Origin: an uncultured bacterium
GTDB taxonomy: Bacteria > Fidelibacterota > Marinisomatia > Marinisomatales > TCS56
Length of the DNA stretch: 30,715 nt
NCBI GenBank assembly: GCA_964490885.1
Contig: CAZBEL010000001.1
Coordinates: 1 to 30,715, forward strand
Direction: 5' to 3'
A program made the position numbers and the translations under genes. Positions within the stretch are counted from its first letter, which is position 1. Every line of letters starts with the position of its first letter. Below are positions 1 through 7,914 of the stretch, piece by piece. The notes under the pieces are model-generated. The model did not search any database. It saw only the letters and a program-made list of their open reading frames with translations, and had not been told where the DNA came from.

Positions 1-437
1 TCAATGAAAATCCCAAACTTGGCCGGTTCCTTGCCCTGTTTGGCGGGAACCTTGGAGAACTTATTGGTGTCGGCCCACTGATCGGTTATCCAACCCTTTA
101 GCTCCCCCGACTCTAATTCATCCATAGCAGTGGCCAACTGCGACTCGGGGATGGCTTTTCCTAAAATAGCCGTGTCTGGGCATTCGGTGACACACTCCAT
201 GCAGGCCACGCAATTCTCAGCGATAAATTCGGGTATGTCCGGTGCAATATAACTGAAGTCCCGTAGGGCGGCCGTCCCGGCGGGAATGAGGCTGCGCGCC
301 GTAGAGAGATCGGCCGGGAGACCTTCTTCGGCGGTCCCATCATTGTAGGCCCCCACAATGCGGTCGTTAAAATCAGCCACATCCAGAAGGTTCCAGGCGG
401 TGGTTTTATTCAGTACAGAAACATCTTTGTCGCTCAT
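1..437 (-). CDS. Pyruvate:ferredoxin (2-oxoacid:acceptor) oxidoreductase, second subunit (ferredoxin/delta part; TPP-binding beta part expected beyond the edge); partial, runs off the left edge
   Basis: Not in the ORF track. Hand translation from the ATG at 437 (ATGA overlap with the upstream stop, GAGGT Shine-Dalgarno) gives MSDKDVSVLNKTTAWNLLDVADFNDRIVGAY...FIAENCVACMECVTECPDTAILGK..., open to base 1. A CxxCxxCxxxCP 4Fe-4S motif lies at 177-212. Confidence 0.88.
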   Translation of the reverse strand, partial: MSDKDVSVLNKTTAWNLLDVADFNDRIVGAYNDGTAEEGLPADLSTARSLIPAGTAALRDFSYIAPDIPEFIAENCVACMECVTECPDTAILGKAIPESQLATAMDELESGELKGWITDQWADTNKFSKVPAKQGKEPAKFGIFI

Positions 438-2416
438 GCTAATACCTCATCTTTTTCAGTGGCTGCTTTTCCTGTGGGGGAAGACTGCACAATAATATCC
501 CGGGGAATTTCGAACACTTCAGTAAACCCGCGCCGCACCGCGTTCAGGTTATCCTGAACTACCTGTTCACCACGCTTGCCAAAATACTTGCGTAGCGATT
601 TCTCCACTCCGGCCATCAGTTCTTGTTCCGTTATTCCAGACCGGGACAGGAAGGGGGTTACCTTCAAGAAAATTCCCAAGAGAACGATCCCCTGCATGCG
701 TTGTACCAGGTCCGGCTTCGTGGCCACCTCCCGGGCAATGGTCACTGTATCTAAGGCGAAGACGCGAATGTCCTGCTCGCGAATTTCCCGCTGGGCCCAT
801 TTGGGAATATCCTGCCAGATAGCCTGGGGATCCGTTTTTGGGGTTTGTACGAACAGCAGCCCACCACGCTGAAGTCCCTTTAAAGGATTGGCCAGGTTAA
901 AAGCATTCACATCATTCAGGGGAACGAATTCCACAAATTCTAACTCGTTGTGCGTACGGATTTTCTTCGGGCTCACCGTGAGATAGTAAGTAGTAGGCAA
1001 GCCCTTTTTCTCCGAACCGTACTTGGGGTAGGCCTGGACATACATGTCAAATAAATCTTCTACGATAGTGGCGATGATCTTATTGGTGGTTACCGATCCG
1101 TAACCGCCTACGGAGTGCCCGCGCATGGAAAATGTGCCTTGGGGACGAATATCCGGGTTACGATCGGGTATTAAGGCTGTCTCGTGGTCTATGCCCAGGC
1201 TGAAATACCGCTTTCCGTCCCGGACCATATTCTCCACAACAGCGATAAGATCGGCAGGGCGGATGTCTCGGGATCCCAAGCCGGCAGAACCGGAATAGAT
1301 ACGCGGTAAGGTGATATTTCCCTTTTCGTTTTCCGTTAAATAATCGGTGAAGGCGGCCTTGATCTCCAGGGTAAGGGGATTGCTCTCGGCCAGGGGATTA
1401 TCCATGCGCTCGATGATTGAGAGTCCCTTCACATGCCTTAGGGCGTCCACTAATTGGCGCCCGGGGAAAGGCCGAAAAGAGGTAACATGGATGACCCCAA
1501 CTTTGAGACCCTCCGCCTCTCGGAGATAGTCTGCTACTGCCTCGGCGGTCTCTACCATGCTCCCCATGCCTACGATGGCCCAATCGGCATCCTCCATGAG
1601 GTAAGTATTGATCAAACCATAGCGGCGACCAGTGAGTTGGGCATACTCCTCCATGGCTGCCAATAGGTGTTTATCCACCTGATCTGTGTAGAAACGCTGG
1701 GCCACTTTACCCTTCATGTATGCATCCTGGTTTTGCACCACTCCTGACATCACCGGGTGGTAGGGGTCCATGAAGTTCACTAATTTTTCTTGGGGTGCCG
1801 AGACGAATTGGGCCATGAGTTCTGGTTCTGGGAGCTGGACATTCTCGATGGTGTGGGTGGTCAAGAAACCGTCCATGATATTCAGAAAGGGCGTGTGAGA
1901 GTCTTCGGCGGCGCGCCGGGCGATGAGGGCCAGGTCCCCCACTTCCTGAGCATTGCGGGCAAACAACATTCCCCAACCACAATCGGCCACAGCCATAACA
2001 TCATCGTGACCCGCATGGACGTTCAACGACTGGGAGGTAAGGGCACGGGCACCGATATGGAAAACCGCGGGGAGGCGTTTGCCGGAAATGGTGTACAAAA
2101 CCTCTTTCATCAAGACCAATCCTTGACCAGAGGTGAAGTTGGTTACCCGTCCCCCAGCCAGGGCAAAGCCTTCGCAGGTAGAGGCGGAACTGTGTTCCGA
2201 TTCCAGCTCCATGAACGCCAGGGGTTCGCCCCATACATTCTGGCCTCCATTGGCCACGACGGCCTGGTAGCCAGAACCCATGGTAGTAGAAGAGGTGATG
2301 GGGTAGGCACAGGCGCCCTGGGAGATGTGGGTTTCTACCCAGACCACCATACCAGCCCCATCAGATGTGGATCGTATACCGGGATACTTCACGGTATCAC
2401 TAGCAGAATTAGACAT
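434..2416 (-). CDS. Pyruvate:ferredoxin oxidoreductase, NifJ/Por-like N-terminal subunit (alpha + gamma domains)
   Basis: Motifs YPITSS, FTSGQGL, HIGARAL, FRPFPG, GGYGSVT and YGSEKKG match PFOR domains I-III. There is no ferredoxin or TPP domain in this ORF. Confidence 0.92.
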   Translation of the reverse strand: MSNSASDTVKYPGIRSTSDGAGMVVWVETHISQGACAYPITSSTTMGSGYQAVVANGGQNVWGEPLAFMELESEHSSASTCEGFALAGGRVTNFTSGQGLVLMKEVLYTISGKRLPAVFHIGARALTSQSLNVHAGHDDVMAVADCGWGMLFARNAQEVGDLALIARRAAEDSHTPFLNIMDGFLTTHTIENVQLPEPELMAQFVSAPQEKLVNFMDPYHPVMSGVVQNQDAYMKGKVAQRFYTDQVDKHLLAAMEEYAQLTGRRYGLINTYLMEDADWAIVGMGSMVETAEAVADYLREAEGLKVGVIHVTSFRPFPGRQLVDALRHVKGLSIIERMDNPLAESNPLTLEIKAAFTDYLTENEKGNITLPRIYSGSAGLGSRDIRPADLIAVVENMVRDGKRYFSLGIDHETALIPDRNPDIRPQGTFSMRGHSVGGYGSVTTNKIIATIVEDLFDMYVQAYPKYGSEKKGLPTTYYLTVSPKKIRTHNELEFVEFVPLNDVNAFNLANPLKGLQRGGLLFVQTPKTDPQAIWQDIPKWAQREIREQDIRVFALDTVTIAREVATKPDLVQRMQGIVLLGIFLKVTPFLSRSGITEQELMAGVEKSLRKYFGKRGEQVVQDNLNAVRRGFTEVFEIPRDIIVQSSPTGKAATEKDEVLA

Positions 2417-2616
2417 GTAATACTCGGTTCAATTTTTAGGTGTAAGAAATTCACGATTCTATTCACATAAATAGACATCCAATTTACCATTCTTTTTTCA
2501 TATTAAACCACTTTAGACCCGGCCTTAATGGGTGGTGTAGCATTGACATATCTACTGGAGATTGGGCCCCATACAACGGGTGGGAAACGACTGACCTAAC
2601 TGGCCGCGTTGGCGTG

Positions 2617-4050
2617 TTAAACCTCAATTTTTTTCCAGTCACCTTGAAGGATCTTCCATACCATGGCCATGGCAAAAAGCAAGAGGTAGGCACCCAGGGA
2701 AAACCACGGACCAATAAACCCCAGCCCCCACACGACGCCCGTTAAGTAGATGGCAGGGAGGAACAAGAACCAGACAATCCCGGTTTCCACTGCGGCTGGG
2801 AATCGGGTATTGCCGGCACCGGAGAGGGCAAACCAGAGCGTCATGCCCACGGCATCGGCAAATTGCACCAGTCCCGCCAAACGCAATCCAGTAGTCCCAA
2901 TGGAAATTACCTCCGGATCATCGGTAAACAGGGGCAAGATTAGTTGGGGTATAGCCATAAACAGTATTCCTAATGAACCCATAATCCACAGGGCCCACCG
3001 CACACTTTCCACAATACTGGTTTCAGCACTACGGTGATTTTTCTCACCTAAGTGCTTGCCCACTAATGTAGCGCAAGCCTGACCAATTCCGGCAGCAGGC
3101 ATGAAGGAGGCCTGAAGAATAGTGAAAACCACCTCTGTGGCTGCCAATTCCACTACTCCGATCATGCCGGCAATTTTATAGAAAAGGGCAAAGCCCACCA
3201 TGACGATCATCTCCTGCGACCCCTGGGGCCAGGCCAGAGAGATTTGCCTCTTTAACATAACTGTATCAACTTTAAAACCGAAAACGCCGAACCGCCTTCG
3301 AATAACCGGTGCCCACAAATAGAGGCCATAATGTATCATAAGCCACCCAGAAGCGATGACCGTAGCCAGGGCGGCACCCTTCACGCCCAGCTGGGGAAAG
3401 GGAAACCAGTTCCATAGGTGCGCCAGCCAGGAAAAATCCCCCAAACCGGAAGTTTCCAGGCCGGCGCGGACACCTTCACGGCCATAAATCAACCCCGCGT
3501 TCAGGTAGACGTTCAACGCGTTTGCTGTGATGGTCACTTTCATGTGGATGCGTGTTCGTTCAATGCCGGTAAAGAAACCCTGGAAAACGAACCCAATGGT
3601 GGAGAACAACACGCTTAAAAAGGCGAGGGAGGTATACTCCACGCAAAGGCGAATGATAGCCGGGTCGGAAATAAACAAGGGCACCAACCTATCAGCAAAG
3701 AGAAAACCGCCAACGGATACGGGGATTCCATAGATTGCAGCTAAAAGATAGCCGTTATGCAGGGCCGTGCCGCATTCGGTGAACTTCTTTTGTCCCAAAC
3801 GCCGAGAGGCTACCGTTTGAGTGGCCGTACGGAGACTGATAGCAAAGCTGAGCAACACCCAGACAAGCATGGATCCCATACCGGTGGCGGCCAGGGCCAC
3901 GGCACCTAACCGCCCCACCATGGCCACATCAGCCAGATTCATCAAGACGCGGCTAAGGTTGCTTAGAATAACCGGTAGAGCCAAGCCGATAACTGTTTTA
4001 GAAATGGGTTTGTGGCGGTGGAGCAAGCGGGTCCGGAGGTTGCGATGCAT
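2617..4050 (-). CDS. MATE family efflux transporter
   Basis: LALPVILSN...DVAMVGRLG...LAATG opening, an internal two-fold repeat (GxERT / GAGNTRFP), NVYLNxxLI and LGVKGAALAT motifs, and about 12 hydrophobic segments. Confidence 0.93.
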   Translation of the reverse strand: MHRNLRTRLLHRHKPISKTVIGLALPVILSNLSRVLMNLADVAMVGRLGAVALAATGMGSMLVWVLLSFAISLRTATQTVASRRLGQKKFTECGTALHNGYLLAAIYGIPVSVGGFLFADRLVPLFISDPAIIRLCVEYTSLAFLSVLFSTIGFVFQGFFTGIERTRIHMKVTITANALNVYLNAGLIYGREGVRAGLETSGLGDFSWLAHLWNWFPFPQLGVKGAALATVIASGWLMIHYGLYLWAPVIRRRFGVFGFKVDTVMLKRQISLAWPQGSQEMIVMVGFALFYKIAGMIGVVELAATEVVFTILQASFMPAAGIGQACATLVGKHLGEKNHRSAETSIVESVRWALWIMGSLGILFMAIPQLILPLFTDDPEVISIGTTGLRLAGLVQFADAVGMTLWFALSGAGNTRFPAAVETGIVWFLFLPAIYLTGVVWGLGFIGPWFSLGAYLLLFAMAMVWKILQGDWKKIEV

Positions 4051-4188
4051 GGTACTTAAATCGTGCGCTTGATAACTATCCTGAGTTAGGATTCACATTT
4101 ATAGACGGCAAAGTTACTATGAGAGAACCTCTCCATCTAAACAATATACTATCAGGTAGCATCAAAGCCCGAATCACAGGTCATAGAC

Positions 4189-4217
4189 TTGCCATTCTGC
4201 TTTTTTCTGTCTATACT
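4189..4217 (+). promoter_or_regulatory. Sigma70-type promoter for the carbon-nitrogen hydrolase gene
   Basis: TTGCCA (4189-4194), exactly 17 nt, then TATACT (4212-4217). The TTG that the ORF track uses as a start is this -35 box. Confidence 0.6.
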
Positions 4218-4251
4218 ATCTTTTAACAAACCAACAATCCTTGGGCTTCTT

Positions 4252-5334
4252 TTGAAGAATTATTACCTTGCCGTTACCTTTTTTCTTCTGTTGTCTCATC
4301 AGTCAATTGCTAGTGGACTGGTGGCTGTTATCCAGCCAAAATTAACGGAACAGGATTACCGCACGGCGGAGACGCTCCAGTCATCGTTGGAACCTTATTT
4401 CCAGGAGATTCGGGCGAAACGCACCTCCAACGAAGCCGTACTAGCAGTCCTGCCAGAATATATTGGAACCTGGCTGGTGGCCAGCGGTGAGGATGAGCGC
4501 GTATTCCGCGCCCAAAACGAAGAGCGGGCCATGATATGGGTGATCCTGCACCATCCCTTCCGCTTTCTAAAAACCTTACTGGGCAGCCTTTTATGTAGCG
4601 ATTTTCATGGCTCTTTCATGGGGCACGTCCGGCGCTCCATCTTTTTAATGCAAGCAACGAAAATGCTACAATCTTATGAGAAAGTATTCTCTAATTTGGC
4701 CGGTACGTATCAATACTGGATTGTAGCGGGTTCAATTCTACTACCCGAGTGCGAGATTATCGATGGAAGAATCAAGTTTAAAGAACGGCGGAGACTCTTG
4801 AACCAGAGTTTTGTCTTCAACCCCCGGGGTGAGGCCGTTTTAGTAACGAAAAAAGTTTACCCTTTAAAGGAAGAGTTGGAATTCATGGACAGCGGGGAAG
4901 TCAGCACCCTACAGATAGTGGAAACCGATCTGGGGCGTTTGGGCGTCTTGGTGTGTGCTGATAGCTGGTATCCCGATACATATACCGCCCTGCGGGAAGT
5001 AGGGGTGGACATCATTGCCGTGCCCAGTTTCGTTACGCCGGGCAACCTGTGGAAGGCTCCCTGGAAAGGCTACAATCCCCAGGAAAACGAGCCAGAGGAT
5101 GTGGATCGGGGAGATATGGGACGCTACTTGGAAAAGGATATGTGGGAAAAGTACGCCGTGTGTGGACGTGTGGGGATCAGCGGGGCAGCGTTGGGAACGA
5201 ACAGTTTCTTAGTTGGTAGCTTCTGGGGCATGACCGGCGCTGGCCAGTCCACCATCGCTACTCCGGAGGGAATCGTCGCCAAAGCCCCGGAAGCGGAACT
5301 AGGGCACGTTCTCTATTATGCGTTCACAGAGTGA
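4252..5334 (+). CDS. Carbon-nitrogen hydrolase (nitrilase superfamily) protein with a probable signal peptide
   Basis: Glu-Lys-Cys triad contexts VLPEY, TKKVYP and VLVCADSW. I moved the start from 4189 to the in-frame TTG at 4252, which lies downstream of the promoter and gives the signal-like N-terminus MKNYYLAVTFFLLLSHQSIA. Confidence 0.8.
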   Translation: MKNYYLAVTFFLLLSHQSIASGLVAVIQPKLTEQDYRTAETLQSSLEPYFQEIRAKRTSNEAVLAVLPEYIGTWLVASGEDERVFRAQNEERAMIWVILHHPFRFLKTLLGSLLCSDFHGSFMGHVRRSIFLMQATKMLQSYEKVFSNLAGTYQYWIVAGSILLPECEIIDGRIKFKERRRLLNQSFVFNPRGEAVLVTKKVYPLKEELEFMDSGEVSTLQIVETDLGRLGVLVCADSWYPDTYTALREVGVDIIAVPSFVTPGNLWKAPWKGYNPQENEPEDVDRGDMGRYLEKDMWEKYAVCGRVGISGAALGTNSFLVGSFWGMTGAGQSTIATPEGIVAKAPEAELGHVLYYAFTE

Positions 5335-5414
5335 AACAACTGGTTGGTGAGATGTTTTAATCGCAACTTATTAGTCGTTTAAAGTCTATTTCATCCTCGG
5401 TGGAAGGTTATCCA

Positions 5415-5720
5415 CTAAATATCCTCAGCAGTTAAATAAACCACCTTCACACCGTGTTCCCGCAAATACGCTCTGGTCTTGCTACAAACAGGTGCCGTCG
5501 TGGCGACTTCCACCGCCACGCTAGGCAAGTGGCTTTTAATCCGTTGGGCTTGTTGTAATAGCCGTTTTCCGTCCTTCATAATGATGCGGCTCTTCCGTCG
5601 TTTGATGATCCGGATACAGTTAGATCCAACTGCTTCCAAAACAACCCGCCGGGATAAGCCGAACTTGGTTGGATCAACGGGTTTAGGTTCACTCGCCTTA
5701 CTTAACTTTTTATCCTTCAA
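5415..5720 (-). CDS. Small basic hypothetical protein (101 aa)
   Basis: Its TTG start overlaps the udg stop (TTGA), and it fills the gap up to the convergent hydrolase gene. The sequence looks like an ordered alpha/beta protein (RRKSRIIMKDG...TTAPVCSKTRAYLREHGVKVV). Confidence 0.7.
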   Translation of the reverse strand: MKDKKLSKASEPKPVDPTKFGLSRRVVLEAVGSNCIRIIKRRKSRIIMKDGKRLLQQAQRIKSHLPSVAVEVATTAPVCSKTRAYLREHGVKVVYLTAEDI

Positions 5721-6316
5721 AAGAGACTCTCCTGTCCTGGGGGTGGTTTTAAGGTTGGGTTAGACTCAAGGAAAATTTTCAAATCCTGGAAGTCCTTTTT
5801 AATGAGGGGCAGATAATCTGATCTTCTTAAGGCAGCGGCAGGGTGAATCATGGGAAATAGAAAATAATGCTGGGTGGGAATGGCTTTTCCATGATACTGA
5901 AGTATGGGAACATTCTTTCGCAGCAGTATTCTCAGGGCCAAGTTCCCTAAGGGACAGACGACCATTGGGTGAATGATTTCAATCTCTCTCAGGAGGTAGG
6001 GGGCACAAGCGCGAACCTCCCTTTGGATAGGAAGACGTTCTTCTGAAGGCAGGCAGCGGGTGACATTGGTGAGCCAGAGGTCCCTCCTTTCCACCCCGAA
6101 AGTAGTTAAGAGGTGGTTCAGCAAATCGCCTGCCGGACCGACAAAAGGGATTCCTGCAGCGTCTTCATGTTCTCCCGGTCCTTGGCCGACTAACACGATC
6201 CGCGCCTGGGGGTTGCCAGCACCAGGAATGGCCCGACCCCGCGTCAAGTGCAAGGGACAGCGGATACAGGTGCGAATCTGCTCACTAAGGTCGTTCAATT
6301 CCTGGGAGGAAATCAT
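5717..6316 (-). CDS. udg: Uracil-DNA glycosylase, family 4 (Fe-S type)
   Basis: Four Fe-S cysteines (CIRCPL, TRCLP, RACAPYL), motif A GQGPGEHEDxxGxPFVGPAG and motif B HPAAALR. Confidence 0.9.
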   Translation of the reverse strand: MISSQELNDLSEQIRTCIRCPLHLTRGRAIPGAGNPQARIVLVGQGPGEHEDAAGIPFVGPAGDLLNHLLTTFGVERRDLWLTNVTRCLPSEERLPIQREVRACAPYLLREIEIIHPMVVCPLGNLALRILLRKNVPILQYHGKAIPTQHYFLFPMIHPAAALRRSDYLPLIKKDFQDLKIFLESNPTLKPPPGQESLF

Positions 6317-6427
6317 ATCGAAGCCTAACCGCAGTCAATTTACAACTTCGGGCGCTCTTGATTCATCGGGAAAGCGCCTACACAAAAGAATGGTACCATT
6401 AGGGGTAAATAAACCAACTTTCGATCC

Positions 6428-7342
6428 GTGAGCAAGAAACAATTTTACTTTTCTCCTGAGGTGGAAGAGGCCCTGAGTCGCAGGGCACCCGTCCTAGCGT
6501 TAGAGTCCACCATCATCGCCCACGGTATGCCCTTTCCCCAGAACATAGAATTTGCCCGACAAGCCGAAGAGAAAGCTCGTCGCCAAGGAATCGTTCCCGC
6601 CACAATCGCCCTGATTGATGGCGCGGTCAAGATCGGTTTAAATAAGGATGACTTAAAAAGAATTGCCACGGACGACACTGTGGAAAAGGTGGCTTACCGG
6701 GATCTAGGAACGGCACTAACCGCAGGCGTGTTGGGCGCCACAACCGTTTCTGCCACTTCCTGGTTAGCACACCAAGCGGGTATCCGTGTCCTGGCTACCG
6801 GGGGTATCGGTGGTATCCACACTGGCGCAGAGAAGACCTTTGACATTTCTCAGGATCTCCCCATATTGGCCCGCGTGCCGATCGTTGTAGTTTCAGCCGG
6901 CGCCAAGGCAATCTTGGATCTACCGAAAACAGTGGAGTATCTGGAAACGCTGGGGGTGCCGGTTGTCGGGTACGGCACGGATCAATTTCCCGCTTTTTAT
7001 TCCCGCCAGTCCGGTTTGCCTGTTTCTCACCAGGCTGATTCGGTTGAGGAAATTAGCTCTATCTATCAGCAGCAGCGTGAGCTGAGTATGTCCTGTGCCC
7101 TCTTGGTGGGGAATCCTGTACCGGAAGCTGACGAAATCCCGTGGGAGGAAATGCAAACGCATCTAAAAACTGCCTGGGAAGATCTTTCGCACACCGAACT
7201 AAGCGGCAAGGAAGTCACTCCCTACCTTTTGAAAAGACTGACCGAATTGACCGCCGGGCGAACGTTACAAACCAATATTTCCCTCGCTTTAAATAACGTG
7301 AGCCTAGGGGCTCAGATCGCCAAAGCGCTGGCTAACGTTTAA
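6428..7342 (+). CDS. psuG: Pseudouridine-5'-phosphate glycosidase
   Basis: ALESTIIAHGMPFPQN, VPATIA, ATTVSAT, ATGGIGGIH, DISQDL, GAKAILDLPKTVEYLET and GKEVTPYLL are all PsuG/IndA signatures. Confidence 0.96.
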   Translation: MSKKQFYFSPEVEEALSRRAPVLALESTIIAHGMPFPQNIEFARQAEEKARRQGIVPATIALIDGAVKIGLNKDDLKRIATDDTVEKVAYRDLGTALTAGVLGATTVSATSWLAHQAGIRVLATGGIGGIHTGAEKTFDISQDLPILARVPIVVVSAGAKAILDLPKTVEYLETLGVPVVGYGTDQFPAFYSRQSGLPVSHQADSVEEISSIYQQQRELSMSCALLVGNPVPEADEIPWEEMQTHLKTAWEDLSHTELSGKEVTPYLLKRLTELTAGRTLQTNISLALNNVSLGAQIAKALANV

Positions 7343-7350
7343 AACTCAAC

Positions 7351-7914
7351 TCAGGGAGTAAGCCCCAGTTGGGGCACTTCGGTCGTTAAAGACACCTGAG
7401 TTGGATCCCCTCCCAGGGCAGAGAATTGGTGCCCCAGGTAGTGGAATATAGGGGCCACGAGCCCCACCGCCTCGCTCCAGACAATACCGGGCTCCTGGGG
7501 AGGTGTTTGGAGCCGCTCCGGGCCCAGCGTGTGGACTACAACTTGCTGGTAACGTGGGACCGGGTTGTAAATATGGCTCATGTCGGGAAATTGGGGCCGT
7601 CCTTCGTAAGGTGTGTTTCCAATCAGCATATTGGTGCCCGAACGATTCACATGGCCCACGATAGAGATTAACCCATCCACCCCATGCACCCTGTCCAGCA
7701 GGAGCAGGCCGTCGTGTGGCAACTCTCTAAATAGGGCATCCATACTCTTTGGGCTTGCTGTTTCAAAATCAATTTTCCCCGGCCAGACAATATATTTATC
7801 ATTGATTTGGGTGAAAAAATGGCCAGCGAGGTCCTGGTCCATAGCAACCTGTACTCCCCACTTCTCGGGGTCAGAACAGACATATAATACTGAAAATGGT
7901 TGGGAAAAAGTCAC
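7351..7914 (-). CDS. Degenerate purine-nucleoside-phosphorylase (PNP/MTAP family)-like protein, 187 aa
   Basis: IVGHVNRSGTNMLIG...QFPDMSHIY resembles the PNP motif IxDHINxxGxNPLxG...RFPDMSxAY. Its GTG start overlaps the yggS stop (GTGA). The CDS itself is well supported; the family call is by eye. Confidence 0.6.
   Translation of the reverse strand: MTFSQPFSVLYVCSDPEKWGVQVAMDQDLAGHFFTQINDKYIVWPGKIDFETASPKSMDALFRELPHDGLLLLDRVHGVDGLISIVGHVNRSGTNMLIGNTPYEGRPQFPDMSHIYNPVPRYQQVVVHTLGPERLQTPPQEPGIVWSEAVGLVAPIFHYLGHQFSALGGDPTQVSLTTEVPQLGLTP

Noticed and set aside
434-2416. Oxalate oxidoreductase
   Set aside because: It has YPIT (pyruvate-type Thr) rather than the YPIR of oxalate oxidoreductase.
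1790-2470. 226-aa plus-strand ORF, and the many other 60-150 aa track ORFs overlapping real genes
   Set aside because: They are antisense or off-frame shadows of well-supported genes, with no motifs or ribosome-binding sites.
2438-2470. Rex/FNR-like operator upstream of the PFOR genes (ATTCAC twice, 12 nt apart)
   Set aside because: Only half-sites match. The best 18-mer has too many mismatches to TTGTGAA-N4-TTCACAA.
5717-6316. UdgX-type suicide glycosylase
   Set aside because: It lacks the KRRIH R-loop of UdgX.
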